Assembly: GCA_036012755.1 (NCBI GenBank)
Contig: DASCPX010000160.1
Location: forward strand, 65,657-129,656
Reading direction: 5' to 3'
Length of the DNA: 64,000 nucleotides
Source: Myxococcota bacterium
Lineage (GTDB): Bacteria; Myxococcota_A; UBA796; CAJQPC01
Shown: positions 1 to 10,627 of the stretch, piece after piece
How positions within the stretch are numbered: position 1 is the stretch's first letter
Layout of the letters: each line of letters begins with the position of its first letter
Made by a program: the position numbers and the translations under genes
The notes under the pieces: model-generated
Seen by the model: only the letters and a program-made list of their open reading frames with translations
Database searches by the model: none
Told to the model about the DNA's origin: nothing

Positions 1-173
1 GTGATCTTCTGGCCGGTCTCGCGGCGCTTCAGATCGATCCACGCCAGCAGCTTCTCCGCCCGGACCTCCAGCATCCCGTAGATGGTCGGATCCCGCGGGT
101 TGTCCCACGCGACCGCAGCGATCTTGCGAAAGGAGCTCGCGTGCTTGAAGTCTCGAAGCTCGATGTTCGGCAT
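1..173 (-). CDS. N-terminal part of a probable 2-oxo-acid dehydrogenase E2-like acyltransferase (runs off the window edge)
   Basis: ATG at 173 opens MPNIELRDFKHASSFRKIAAVAWDNPRDPTIYGMLEV..., open to the edge; resembles the stand-alone E2 catalytic-domain N-terminus; starts 10 nt after the upstream stop. Confidence 0.5.
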   Translation of the reverse strand, partial: MPNIELRDFKHASSFRKIAAVAWDNPRDPTIYGMLEVRAEKLLAWIDLKRRETGQKI

Positions 174-183
174 TGAAAAGCCC

Positions 184-2172
184 CTAGAACAGATCGGGTC
201 CGACCTCGATGTAGTCCGATGAGAACTCCACCGGGTGGACGAAGCCCGCCGGTGGGTACTCCTTCCAGGTGTCCTCGGCTTCCTCTGCCGAGAGATCGTC
301 CGCGTAGGCGTCCCACCAGGCGAAGAGCTCCTCGTTGTACTCGGCGGCGGTGCGCAGCACCTCGAGGTTGTTCTGTGCGTCATCCGAGAGATGGGGCGCG
401 AGGTCCTCGCCCACGAGCTGCTCGAAGACGCGCCCTCGGGTGTCGCGTGCGAGCTCCGTATCGAGGACCGAGACGTTCATCTCGCCTTCGTAGAGGTAGC
501 CGCGGTTGTTGAAGTTGCAGCTGCCGACGCTCACGTAGCGGTCGTCGATGATGCGCAGCTTGGAGTGGGTGTCGATGTTTGTCGGGTACCAGTAGATGTC
601 GTCGTAGACCCAGTCCTCGATGGCCACCATGTCTGCGGTCTTGAGCTGCAGCACGAGGTAGCGGTCGCCGAACAGATCCCGGAAGTACTGGTCGGTGAGG
701 TAGGTGTACTTGAGCCCCCCGTCCCACTCGGACACGGGCTTGGTGACGACGATGAGCACCAGCTCGGGGACCTCGAGCATGCGCGCGGCGATGGTCTCGT
801 TGAGGATCGGGGCGCGGAAGTACTGGTCCTCGATGAAGATGTACTCGGTGGCCTGGGCAAAGGCCTTCCGGTGGGCCTCGAGGTTCTGCTGCTCCTCCAG
901 CGGCTCCGGCTGGGTGACCGTTACTTGCGCGAGGGCGCCGTGCTCGACGGTGTGGGGCTCGTCGAGGACCACTGCGGAGGCGTTGTTGGCGTACAGATCG
1001 CTGGTGTCGATGCCGTACTGCCAGCGCTCGGCGAGGATCTCCTCAACGTCTCGAGCGACCGGCCCCTCGACGCGGATCATGTAGTCCCGGCGGGGTCCCT
1101 GGTCGGGCTCGACCTCGCGGTCCCGCACGGCCTCGCGGTCGGAGCGCGAGGCGTCGAAGACCATGCGGCGCTCGTCGAAGACCTCGTGCTCGTCGTCCCA
1201 GTCGGTGGCCTTCACGTTCATGCCGCCGACGATGGCGATCTCGCCGTCGATGACGACCGCCTTCTGGTGCCAGCTGGCAGCGTCGACCTCCAGCTCCCTG
1301 GCCCTGCGGCCGCCCTCGTCGGGCACCCAGGCCCGGCCCTCGTACTCGGGGCGGGCCATGAGCCGCTCGAGGTAGCTGAAGGGCTCGACCCGCTCCTCGT
1401 AGACACCCTGGGAGGGGACCGAGACCTCGCTGCCCTGCAGCATCACCTCGAAGTCGTCGAGGGCCTCTGCGTGTCCGCGCAGATCCGAGTCGGTGTTCAG
1501 GTAGATGAGCCAGTCGGAGTTGTCGCCCCAGAAGCGGTTGATCAACAGGCGCTTCTGCACCTGGGGCATGTCCTCGAGCACGTACATCGCCGTGTAGCGC
1601 TCGCGAGCGGAGGTGCTCATCTGGTAGTGCCCTTCGGGGCGAATGAGCTCGAAGTCCGACTCCCACCACCAGGTGGCCCAGAAGACCTCGTCTGTGGCGG
1701 ACCTGAGGTCCTCGTAGACGACCTCCCAGGACTCCTTGCCGTTGATGAGCACGTCCACGTCGTTGTCGCTCGGAGCGGGGCCGCTTCCGGCGAACCAGGC
1801 GTGGTCGACGCCGAGGTAGACCGTCTTGACCTCGCAGCTCTCGCCGTCGATGACGCGGGTGTCGCTGGACTGGGCGCTGCGACCGCCGTCGACCTCCACG
1901 CGCACCGTCTGGCCGTCCCAGTCGATGTCGATGGTGGCAGGGAGGTGGTCCTCGGCCTCGGCGAGCACGGCGAACTGCGCAGCCTCGTCGTCGAGGGGGT
2001 GGAGCTCGATGGTGTCGCCCGAGAGCTCCGCCGTCAGGGGCTGGGCCCAGACGTCGGTGACGACGAGCTCGAGGGTCTTCTCACCACAGCCGGTGATCGT
2101 GCCGTCTCCGTCGCGGAGTCGCGCCAGCGGTCCGTCTCCGTCGCCGCACCCGATGACGAGCGCGAGGAGCAC
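184..2172 (-). CDS. Phospholipase D-family lipoprotein (two HKD motifs)
   Basis: HQKAVVID...GGMN and HSKLRIID...GSCN motifs; FIEDQYF; N-terminal LLALVIGC lipobox-like. Confidence 0.85.
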   Translation of the reverse strand: MLLALVIGCGDGDGPLARLRDGDGTITGCGEKTLELVVTDVWAQPLTAELSGDTIELHPLDDEAAQFAVLAEAEDHLPATIDIDWDGQTVRVEVDGGRSAQSSDTRVIDGESCEVKTVYLGVDHAWFAGSGPAPSDNDVDVLINGKESWEVVYEDLRSATDEVFWATWWWESDFELIRPEGHYQMSTSARERYTAMYVLEDMPQVQKRLLINRFWGDNSDWLIYLNTDSDLRGHAEALDDFEVMLQGSEVSVPSQGVYEERVEPFSYLERLMARPEYEGRAWVPDEGGRRARELEVDAASWHQKAVVIDGEIAIVGGMNVKATDWDDEHEVFDERRMVFDASRSDREAVRDREVEPDQGPRRDYMIRVEGPVARDVEEILAERWQYGIDTSDLYANNASAVVLDEPHTVEHGALAQVTVTQPEPLEEQQNLEAHRKAFAQATEYIFIEDQYFRAPILNETIAARMLEVPELVLIVVTKPVSEWDGGLKYTYLTDQYFRDLFGDRYLVLQLKTADMVAIEDWVYDDIYWYPTNIDTHSKLRIIDDRYVSVGSCNFNNRGYLYEGEMNVSVLDTELARDTRGRVFEQLVGEDLAPHLSDDAQNNLEVLRTAAEYNEELFAWWDAYADDLSAEEAEDTWKEYPPAGFVHPVEFSSDYIEVGPDLF

Positions 2173-2816
2173 TACCAGCTCCCGACGAGGATCTGCAGCT
2201 GGTAGGGGTGGGCGCAGGAGCTGCCGTCGACGGAACGCACGGTGATCTCGTACCAGCCGGAGTCGTCCGAGCCGGTGGAGCCACCGTGGTTCAGGAACTC
2301 GAAGCCACCGAAGCCGTTGTCGTCGCTGGAAGCCACGAGGCCGCGGTACTCACCGTCGGAGTCTTCGAGCCAGAAGAGATCGACGGCGTAGTCGCCCTCT
2401 TCTGGGACCTGGTACAGCCAGACCTCGACGTCGAACCAGGACCACGCGCCGTCCTCGACGTAGAAGACGAAGTGGTCTTCGTCACCGTCGGGGTGGAGCC
2501 ACGGCAACAGCAGGGTCTCGTAGGTGTCGGTGAGGTCCCCCAGGTCGTCGTCGTCGGAGTCCGGCACGGCTCCTTCATCGATGATGCCGTCGCAGTCTTC
2601 GTCGATGCCGTCACAGGTCTCGACCGCCTCGGGATGACGACTCTCATCGAGGTCGTCACAGTCGAGCTCCTGATCCCAGCCATCGCCGTCGTCGTCGACG
2701 GGCGCCTCCTCTTCCTCTTCGAGAAGGCCGGTGTCCTCGAAGCCGCTGTCCTCGGACCAGTCCGTGGACACCAGGTTCGACTCGACGCATGCCAGGAAGA
2801 GAAGGGCCGTTGTCAT
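2172..2816 (-). CDS. Acidic lipoprotein with a MopE-like metal-binding repeat and a C-terminal beta-sandwich (PPC-like)
   Basis: MTTALLFLAC signal; DDDGDGW...DCDD...HPEAVETCDGIDEDCDG motif; DEDHFVFYV; ATG at 2816 preferred over the longer ORF start. Confidence 0.6.
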   Translation of the reverse strand: MTTALLFLACVESNLVSTDWSEDSGFEDTGLLEEEEEAPVDDDGDGWDQELDCDDLDESRHPEAVETCDGIDEDCDGIIDEGAVPDSDDDDLGDLTDTYETLLLPWLHPDGDEDHFVFYVEDGAWSWFDVEVWLYQVPEEGDYAVDLFWLEDSDGEYRGLVASSDDNGFGGFEFLNHGGSTGSDDSGWYEITVRSVDGSSCAHPYQLQILVGSW

Positions 2817-2915
2817 CGAGGGCCTTCTACATGGGATCGCGCCCAGGTCGCGAACGGAGACGGGCGCAAGAGGTGTGCCAGCGGCCGCTCGGGCCGCAAC
2901 CCTCGCCGGGCTCAT

Positions 2916-4572
2916 CTAGAAAGCCAGGAACTCCCCGCTCAGGCTGCCTTCGATGGGCGCGTCGGTGGTCGAGTCCGCGGCGTCGAAGTGCAGGTCGCCG
3001 ATGACGTAGGCCACGAACTCGAAGTCGTCCATGGTCTCGGTGTCGATGTAGAGGAGCGCGCCGATCGCCCGGTCGAGGTCCAGATCGACGTCCCCCGGAG
3101 CGACCTGCTCCTCCTCCATGGCGAAGTAGACGAGCACGGCCTCTGTGTCCGAGATCCAGGCCGGCAGGTAGATCAGCGCGCTGCCTTCTGAGGTGCCCGC
3201 GACCGCCGTGCCCTCGACCTCGGGCATGGGCTCCTCGAACACCATCGACAGCGTGGAGCTCCCGGTCTGCCATGGATCACCGGTCTGGAGCGTGCCCCAG
3301 GTCGTAGAGAAGGTCGCCTCGATAGAGCCGGACGGAACGAAGCAGTAGGAGTCCCGGGGCTCGTAGGGCCACTCCGGCGGCCCGTCCGCGAGCGCTGCCT
3401 CGATGTCCGGCCGGCGAGCCTCGATCTGGTCGAACACGACCTCCTGGGCCTCTTCGATCTCGGACCAGGTGGACCCGCTGACCTCTGGCTCGATGAGGGT
3501 CGCCATACGATCGATGCGCTCCGCTGCGATGCCCTCGTCCCAGTGGGTATCGAGCATGTCCTGCAGCCGCTCGACATAGAGCGCCTGACCATCCGGGTGC
3601 CTGTAGAGCCGCCACGCCAGCATCGAGCTGGCGTAGACGCTGGTCCCCTCCGAGCCCTCACCCCCGCCGTAGAAGACCGCATCTGTGCCCCATGGGATGA
3701 AGCGGAAGCGGCCGTCAGAGGGGTCGGCGTAGAGGTAGAAGTTGTTGGTGTTGCCGTTGTAGCCATCGCCGTGCTCCACGAGCACCTCGGCCGCCCAGAA
3801 GTCGATGAAGGACTCCAGGTCGAGCACCGTCTCCAGCGCGCTCAGGAGCTCATCGTCGTCGGTCGCGACCGCCTCTACGAGAGCGTCGATGTCGTCCCAG
3901 TCATCCTCTCCCTCGTTGGTCTTCTTCTCCAGCGTGCCGGTCCAGCCCTCGCGGAAGTCCGACAGGGTGCCCTCGTAGAGGTTGCCCTCGGACTCGTCGA
4001 AGTGACGCGCCAGCATCGGCTCCTTGATCGGCTCGACGTTGACGTAGATGCCGAGGTCCTCGCCGTTGACCGTGACCTGGGCCAGGCTGCAACGAGGCGC
4101 CGGCATGCTGGCGTCGGTGAAGAAGCTGTAGCTGATGCACTGACGCACGTAGGAGGGGTCGCTGACGGCGTTGTTCAGGGTCAGGCGGCGCACCGAGTTG
4201 AAGGTGGCCTCCGCGTCGTACTCGCCGAGGATCCAGCTTCAGCGACGGCTTCACGTCGCTCAGCGAGCCGAGGAAGCCCTTCTTGCGCACGTCGACCCGC
4301 TCGATGGTCTCCCCGTCGAGTGTGACGGAGGCCTCGAACCAGGAAAACGGGTTCTCGAAGGGCTGCGCCTGGCAGTCCTCGGCCATGATCGTGCTCTCCA
4401 ACGTGCGGGTCTCCTGGCGGAGCTCGTCCCAGTCGTCCTCTGGGAGCTCGATCTCGACGCGCAGGAGATGGTCGAGGTCGTAGACGGCCTCCGACAGGTC
4501 CTCTGCGGGCTGATCGAGGGCGGGAACCACCGGGCCGGAGCACGCGAACACAGCAAGCAAGACAGGGCTCAT
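2916..4572 (-). pseudogene. CotH kinase-family lipoprotein split by a +1 frameshift near 4230
   Basis: N-terminal frame MSPVLLAVFAC...VRKKGFLGS...KPSLKLD continues, after removing one base, as LGEYDAEATFNSVRRLTLNN...HGDGYNGNTNNFYLY...FIPWGTD (CotH motifs). Confidence 0.75.
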
Positions 4573-4800
4573 GCCACCGAGCGTACCCGCCCGACCAGCG
4601 CCTCGACGATCCCATCGAGCCAACCGCAGCCCCGAGTCTTCGCCGAGCCCCTCGCGGATGCGCCGGCTTGAAGACGGCATCGACCGGCGCCGCGCCCGGC
4701 CCCTTCTCCGGTGGGAGCGCACAGCCGAGCCCACCGAGGCCCGCGGCGGCGACGAAAGCGCGTCTGCTCAGGTCGTCCGCTGGCCTATCCTCGGGTCTTC

Positions 4801-6375
4801 ATGCGTGTGCTGCTGCGCGACGGCTGGGACATGATGCGCGTGTCCTACCGGGCACGGCTCTGGAGTGGACTGCGCCCTCGAGGCACCCTCCGCGTGCTCA
4901 AGGAGTTCGCCAAGGGACGACGGGACCTCTTCCTGTCCCTGGCCAAGTACGCGGTGGAGCGCCCCGACCAGCTCGCCGTGGTCGACGACAGCCGCACCTG
5001 GACCTTCGCGGAGCTCCATGAAGCCAGCATCCGCCTCGCCGGGGCCATGCAGGCACGCGGTCTGAAGCGGCGCCAGCGGGTCGGCCTCGTCTGCCGGAAC
5101 CGTGCCGAGTTCTTCATCGGCATGGCGGCGACACTGCACCTCGGCTGCATCGCCGCGCCCATGAGCCCTCACTCGCCCGTGGCCAAGACCAGGGACAAAC
5201 TCGCCGGCGCCAGGCTGTCCGCCCTCATCATCGAGCAGGACCTCGCCGAGGCCTCGCCGGTCCCCGGCCCATTGGTCCCCGGCTCTCCGGGCTGGTCCCG
5301 CGCGCTTCGACACGAGCCCGCGAAGAGCTCTCGTGGGGTCCTGTGGTTCGACGACGAGCCCGACATGATGCTCTACACGAGTGGCACGACCGGCTCGAGC
5401 AAGGGGGCTCGCATCAACATGCGGGGCGCCTCGATGATGACGCCCGTCCGCTACCTGGCGGGCTTCGACCTGCGACGCGGAGACCGCATCTTCACCAGCT
5501 GTCCGCTCTACCACGCGGCGCCGATGCTGCTGACGGGCTTGAGCCTCGCCATCGGCGGGACTGCCCTCGTCAGCCAGCGCTTCGAGGTCGAAGAGGTCAT
5601 CGCGCGCATGATCGACGAGGGCATCACCCACGCCTTCCTGGTGCCCACGCTGATCGAGCGACTGCTGCGCAGCCCGAACGCGAAGAGGCTGCGCACGGCT
5701 CCCCTCAGAGCGCTGCTGTCCGGCGGGGCAGCCTTGCCGGCAGACCTCAAGCGCAAGGCCTTCGCCGTCCTCGGACCCAAGCTCTACGACTTCTATGGCG
5801 CGACGGAGCTCGGCATCGTCACGATCGCCTCGCCCCACGACCTCCGCCGCCACCCCGGCAGCGTCGGGCGCCCCCTCCCCGGTCTAGATCTGCGCTTCAT
5901 CGGCGATGACGGCCGCGACGTGCCCCCCGGGGAGCCCGGCGAGCTCTACGTGAAGAGCGACATGATCAGCCCCTACGAGGGCGTCGAGGCCTCCAGTCCC
6001 CTGGAGACCGAAGGCTGGGCCAGCGCCGGCGATGTCGCCCGCCTGGAGGACGGCCACCTCTTCATCGTCGACCGCAAGAAGGACATGATCGTCAGCGGTG
6101 GCGCCAACGTCTTCCCTGGCGAGGTCGAAGAGGTCGTCCGCGCCCACCCGAGCGTGCGCGAGGTCGCGGTCGTGGGCCTGCCGGACCCGGAGTGGGGCGA
6201 GGCGGTCACCGCCTTCGTCGTGGTCGAGGAGGGCAGGTCGCTGGACGCGGAGGTGCTGCGCGAGCACTGCAAGGAACGCCTCAACCGTGTCGAGGTGCCG
6301 AAGTCCTTTCGCGCCATCGACGAGCTGCCCCGAAACCCCACCGGCAAGCTCCTGCGGCGGAGCCTGGTCCAGTGA
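4801..6375 (+). CDS. AMP-binding acyl-CoA synthetase / ligase
   Basis: YTSGTTGSSKG, YGATE, AGDVA, VDRKKDMIVSGG and LPRNPTGKL motifs. Confidence 0.9.
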   Translation: MRVLLRDGWDMMRVSYRARLWSGLRPRGTLRVLKEFAKGRRDLFLSLAKYAVERPDQLAVVDDSRTWTFAELHEASIRLAGAMQARGLKRRQRVGLVCRNRAEFFIGMAATLHLGCIAAPMSPHSPVAKTRDKLAGARLSALIIEQDLAEASPVPGPLVPGSPGWSRALRHEPAKSSRGVLWFDDEPDMMLYTSGTTGSSKGARINMRGASMMTPVRYLAGFDLRRGDRIFTSCPLYHAAPMLLTGLSLAIGGTALVSQRFEVEEVIARMIDEGITHAFLVPTLIERLLRSPNAKRLRTAPLRALLSGGAALPADLKRKAFAVLGPKLYDFYGATELGIVTIASPHDLRRHPGSVGRPLPGLDLRFIGDDGRDVPPGEPGELYVKSDMISPYEGVEASSPLETEGWASAGDVARLEDGHLFIVDRKKDMIVSGGANVFPGEVEEVVRAHPSVREVAVVGLPDPEWGEAVTAFVVVEEGRSLDAEVLREHCKERLNRVEVPKSFRAIDELPRNPTGKLLRRSLVQ

Positions 6376-9077
6376 GCACCACCAAGCAACTCGACCGCAG
6401 CCTGGGCTTCCCGTCGGTCTACTCGATCGCCGTCGGCGCGATGCTCGGGAGCGGCATCTTCGTCCTCCCGGGCCTCGCAGCGGCCATCGCCGGACCATGG
6501 GTGGCCCTGTCCTACATGCTCGCCGGGGTCCTCGTACTCCCGGCCGTGCTCTCAAAGGCAGAGCTCGCGACCGCCATGCCCGTCGCCGGCGGCACCTATG
6601 TCTACATCGACCGCAGCATGGGGCCCTGGATGGGCACGGTCACCGGCCTCGGCACATGGCTGTCCCTGTCCTCCAAGTCTGCCTTCGCGCTGGTCGGCCT
6701 GGGCTCCTACCTCGTGCTGTTCACGGACCTGCCGGTGACCTGGGTCTCTCTCGCCATCCTCGGCGTGCTGCTCCTGGTCAACGTGCTCGGCGCGGGCAAG
6801 GCGACCCTCATCCAGATCCTCATCGTCAGCGTCACCATCGTGGCCCTGACCGTCCTCGGCATCGGAGGCGGTCTCAAGGCGAACCTCGCGCTGTTGGAGC
6901 CCGCCTTCCCCGCTGGCTCCGCTGGCATCGTCGCCGGCGCGGGCTTCGTCTTCGTCAGCTACAGCGGCGTCACAAAGATCTGCTCGGTCGCCGAAGAGGT
7001 CCGGAACCCGGACCGCAACATCCCGCTGGGCATGCTCGCGGCCCAGTTCACGGTGATGGTGATCTACGCCGTCATCGCGCTCGCGTTGACCTCCAACATC
7101 CCGGTGGGGCAGCTGGAGGGAACCGTCACGCCGGTCGCCGCCCTCGGGGGTGTCGTCTTCGGCGAGGTCGGGCTCGTGGGCTTCGCCATCATCGCCATCG
7201 CGGGGCTCGTGTCCATGTGCAACGCGGGGGTCCTGTCGACGACCCGCTTCCCCTTCGCCATGGCCCGGGACAGGCTGCTGCCGGACGTGCTCAAGACCGT
7301 GAACGCCCGCTTCCGCACACCGACTGCCGCCATCGCGGTCACGGGTGTGCTGCTGGTGGCGATGGTCACCTTCCTCCCGGTGGTCACCCTCGCCAAGTTG
7401 GCGTCGGGGTTCAAGATCTTCGTCTTCTGCATCGTCAACCTCGCCGTCATCGTGCTCCGCGAGTCCGGCGCGCGCTGGTACAAACCCACCTTCAAGACGC
7501 CGCTCTACCCATGGATCCAGATCCTCGGCATCCTCGGGGGGATCTGGCTGCTCACCCAGCTCGGCACGAAGGTGCTCTACGGTGTCACCGCCGCGATGAC
7601 CATCGGCACGGCCTGGTACTTCGGCTATGCCCGCCGAAGGGTGGACCGCAAGGGCGCCGTCAAGCACATCTGGGGCGAGGCCCACGCGCTCCAGGCCACG
7701 CAGAGAGCCGAGGAAGAGGAAGAGGAAGAGGACAAGCCACCCCGCGTCATCGTGCCGGTCTTCGGCTACGAGCCCGCGCCGGGACACCTGCTACGGCTGG
7801 CCGCCGGCTTCGTCGAGGAGGGCGTGCTGGAGGTCGTGCGCTTCGAGGAGATCCCCCACGCCCTGCCGCTGATCGCGCACCTGGATCCGGACGCGGAGAT
7901 GGAACGCCTGAAGCGCCAGACAGAGGTCATCGCAGAGGACCTCCACGTGCTGGTGGACTTCCACGACGTCGTCACCCACAACGCCATGGAGGCGCTACTC
8001 AAGCACGCCCGCGCCACTGAAGCCGAGTGGATCGTCATGGAACCGGCCCGCGGCGAGCTCCGCAGGCTCGTGCGCTACCCGATGGCCTGGTGGCTCGACA
8101 ACGTGCCCTGCGACATCGCCATCTACACCGACAAGGGCTTCTCCGAGACCAGCCTGAACACCTCCTGGGACGAGCTCGACTCGCCGACAGAAGAGGTGCG
8201 GTCCCAGCCCTTCGCCCGCATCCTCGTGCTGGCCGAGCCGGGCCCCCACGACTCGATCGTCGTGCGCATGGCCGACGAGCTCGCCCGCAAGGCACGGGGC
8301 GAGATCACCCTGTTCTACGCCGCCGGGCCCGGCGACTCGAACGAGCGCATCCAGAGCCTCCGCGACTACCACAGCCAGCTCAAGCTGCTCTGCACTCGCC
8401 CTGCGCGCAGCCTCATCCCGCGCACCGACCACGTCGCCCTGACCATCCGCGAGATCACCTGCGACTACGACCTCATGGTCGTCGGTGCGCCCTCCGAGCG
8501 CACGCTGCGGACGCTGTTCTTCGGCAGCAAGGAGCACCGCGTCGTCGAAGCCGCCCAGTGCTCGGTGCTGAAGATCAAGGCCCCGCGCCACCAGGTCCAC
8601 CACCGTCTCGGCGCTCTGGAGGACCGCTATGACCTCGGACCCGTGCTCGAAGCCGGCGTCGTGAAGACCGGGCTCCGCGTGGGTCGCAAGGAAGAGCTCT
8701 TCGCTCGCATGGCCCACCACCTCGCAAAGCACGCGGGCGTCGAGGAGGACCGCGTCGAGACCGCCTTGTGGCGCCGCGAGCGCCGGCAGAACACGGCCTT
8801 GCGCAGCGGCATCGCGCTCAGCGCCCCGACCACCGCCGCGCTCACCGAGACCCTGGTCGGGGTCTTCACGCTGGCGCGCCCGGTGCGCTTCGGGGCCCCG
8901 ACGAACATCCCCGTGGACGTCTGCGTCGTCAGCATCGGTCCGACCCAGGATCGCAGGCGTCAGCTTCGGCTGCTCGCCCAGCTCTCCGAACGCATCGTGG
9001 GTACGGATGTGATCGACGCGCTGCGCTCCGCAGAGGACGCCGCCAGCGTCATCGCCTCGATCACCGCAGACCCCTGA
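6372..9077 (+). CDS. APC amino-acid permease fused to USP-like domains and a C-terminal PTS EIIA(Ntr/Fru)-like domain
   Basis: GTG overlaps the upstream TGA; GAMLGSGIF, AELATAMPVAGG and EEVRNPDRNIP; about 12 hydrophobic segments; DLMVVGA...FFGS USP motif; RRERRQNTAL...PVRFGAP EIIA-like tail. Confidence 0.85.
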   Translation: MSTTKQLDRSLGFPSVYSIAVGAMLGSGIFVLPGLAAAIAGPWVALSYMLAGVLVLPAVLSKAELATAMPVAGGTYVYIDRSMGPWMGTVTGLGTWLSLSSKSAFALVGLGSYLVLFTDLPVTWVSLAILGVLLLVNVLGAGKATLIQILIVSVTIVALTVLGIGGGLKANLALLEPAFPAGSAGIVAGAGFVFVSYSGVTKICSVAEEVRNPDRNIPLGMLAAQFTVMVIYAVIALALTSNIPVGQLEGTVTPVAALGGVVFGEVGLVGFAIIAIAGLVSMCNAGVLSTTRFPFAMARDRLLPDVLKTVNARFRTPTAAIAVTGVLLVAMVTFLPVVTLAKLASGFKIFVFCIVNLAVIVLRESGARWYKPTFKTPLYPWIQILGILGGIWLLTQLGTKVLYGVTAAMTIGTAWYFGYARRRVDRKGAVKHIWGEAHALQATQRAEEEEEEEDKPPRVIVPVFGYEPAPGHLLRLAAGFVEEGVLEVVRFEEIPHALPLIAHLDPDAEMERLKRQTEVIAEDLHVLVDFHDVVTHNAMEALLKHARATEAEWIVMEPARGELRRLVRYPMAWWLDNVPCDIAIYTDKGFSETSLNTSWDELDSPTEEVRSQPFARILVLAEPGPHDSIVVRMADELARKARGEITLFYAAGPGDSNERIQSLRDYHSQLKLLCTRPARSLIPRTDHVALTIREITCDYDLMVVGAPSERTLRTLFFGSKEHRVVEAAQCSVLKIKAPRHQVHHRLGALEDRYDLGPVLEAGVVKTGLRVGRKEELFARMAHHLAKHAGVEEDRVETALWRRERRQNTALRSGIALSAPTTAALTETLVGVFTLARPVRFGAPTNIPVDVCVVSIGPTQDRRRQLRLLAQLSERIVGTDVIDALRSAEDAASVIASITADP

Positions 9078-9080
9078 GGC

Positions 9081-10598
9081 TCAGGGAGCGCCGCCGATCC
9101 AGACCCCCTCGATGCCGATCTCGTTCAGGGCAGCGGCGTCCAATGGGTCCCCGTCGAGGACCACGAAGTCCGCCGTGCAGCCGACGTCCAGACAGCCGAG
9201 ATCCGGTCGGCCCAAGCTGGCCGCGCTCCCGCTGGTGTAGCCATCGAGCACGTCACCTGGGTCGACCGCGCCCTCGCTTCGCACAGAAGCCGACCAGGCG
9301 GTCAGAAGCGGCGAGGGCTCCGGCCACACCGGCCAGTCCGTACCCATGGCGACGGGGATGCCTGCGTCGAACAGCCCCGCGTGGTCGTATGCGCGATCGA
9401 AGCGCTCCTCGCCCCAGGCCTCCGAGGTGTCCGACAGCGAAGCCGGCAGCACGTGGGAGGGCTGGACACTGACGATGAGCCCCAGCGCCCGGATGCGCTC
9501 CAGGTCGCCCTCGGCGATGAGCACGGCGTGCTCCAGGGTGTGGGGCTGGGTCAACAGGGCCTGGGCCTCGAAGGCGGTGATCGCCGCGTCCACCGCGGCG
9601 TCGCCGTTGACGTGCAGCTTCAGCGGCATGCCCCGGGCCTCGGCTTCCGTGACGATGGCCGTGAGCGCCTCTGTGTCGAAGTAGTGGTCGCCGTACTCCT
9701 CGGGGTCGTCCGCGTGCGGCTCCTGGGTCCAGGCTGCGTTGGTTCCCATGCTGCCGTCGACCCAGATCTTCCCTCCCCCGAAGCGAAGCCGGTCGCTCTC
9801 GTAGAGGCCGCGGACCTCGTCGAGGGCGGCGACATCGTCGAGCTCGAAGATGGGGCCGTACCAGGTGACGCGGATGGGCAGCTCCACGTCCTCGTAGATC
9901 CAGGGTCGCGTCAGGTCGAAGCCCGGCAGCGCCATGATCTCCGCGACGCCGGTGACGCCGGTGGAGTGGAAGCGGTCCATCGCGTCGACGAGCCCGCTGG
10001 AGAGCAGCTCGTCGTCGTAGTCGGCGAGAGCGACCCCGCTGACCAGCGCCATCGCGCCCTCCATCAGGTAGCCCGTGGGCTCGCCGTCCTCGTCCCGCGC
10101 GATGGTGCCGTCGGGGGGATCCGGAGTGTCGGCCGTGATGCCGGCTCGCTCGAGCGCCAGGCTGTTCACCACCGCCGAGTGGCCCGAGTTGTCCACGAGG
10201 ATGACCGGGCGGTCCGACACGACCTCGTCGATCGCCCGTCCGTTCGGCTCGCCGAGCTGCTCGCGGAGCCACCCGTAGCCGACGATCCATGGCTCGTCGG
10301 GGGTCTCCGCGGCGTACTCCGCGACCTTGTCGAGCATGACGCTCTCGCTGCCCACGCCGAGGAGCAGCAAGCGGTCCATCGCGAAGGACCCGGCGAGGAG
10401 GTGGGTGTGGCTGTCCTGCATGCCAGGCACGACATGGCCGACCTCGAGGACCTCGAGGGCGTCGACCTCTTCATCGAGGTTGGTCACGACCCCCTGGGTG
10501 ACGCCGATCGACTGGGCGGTCCGGCTCCCATCGAGGTGGATGGTCCCGGTGACGAGCAGATCGACGGGTTCGTTGGCGCAGGCGAAGAGAAGCAGCAT
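9081..10598 (-). CDS. Amidohydrolase family 3 (YtcJ-like) lipoprotein
   Basis: PGMQDSHTH, SGHSAVVNSLAL, KIWVDGS, HVNGDAA, LEHA, GTDWP and ADFVVLD motifs. Confidence 0.85.
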   Translation of the reverse strand: MLLLFACANEPVDLLVTGTIHLDGSRTAQSIGVTQGVVTNLDEEVDALEVLEVGHVVPGMQDSHTHLLAGSFAMDRLLLLGVGSESVMLDKVAEYAAETPDEPWIVGYGWLREQLGEPNGRAIDEVVSDRPVILVDNSGHSAVVNSLALERAGITADTPDPPDGTIARDEDGEPTGYLMEGAMALVSGVALADYDDELLSSGLVDAMDRFHSTGVTGVAEIMALPGFDLTRPWIYEDVELPIRVTWYGPIFELDDVAALDEVRGLYESDRLRFGGGKIWVDGSMGTNAAWTQEPHADDPEEYGDHYFDTEALTAIVTEAEARGMPLKLHVNGDAAVDAAITAFEAQALLTQPHTLEHAVLIAEGDLERIRALGLIVSVQPSHVLPASLSDTSEAWGEERFDRAYDHAGLFDAGIPVAMGTDWPVWPEPSPLLTAWSASVRSEGAVDPGDVLDGYTSGSAASLGRPDLGCLDVGCTADFVVLDGDPLDAAALNEIGIEGVWIGGAP

Positions 10599-10627
10599 GG
10601 GCGGCAGCTAACGCGCCTCGGGGTCCC

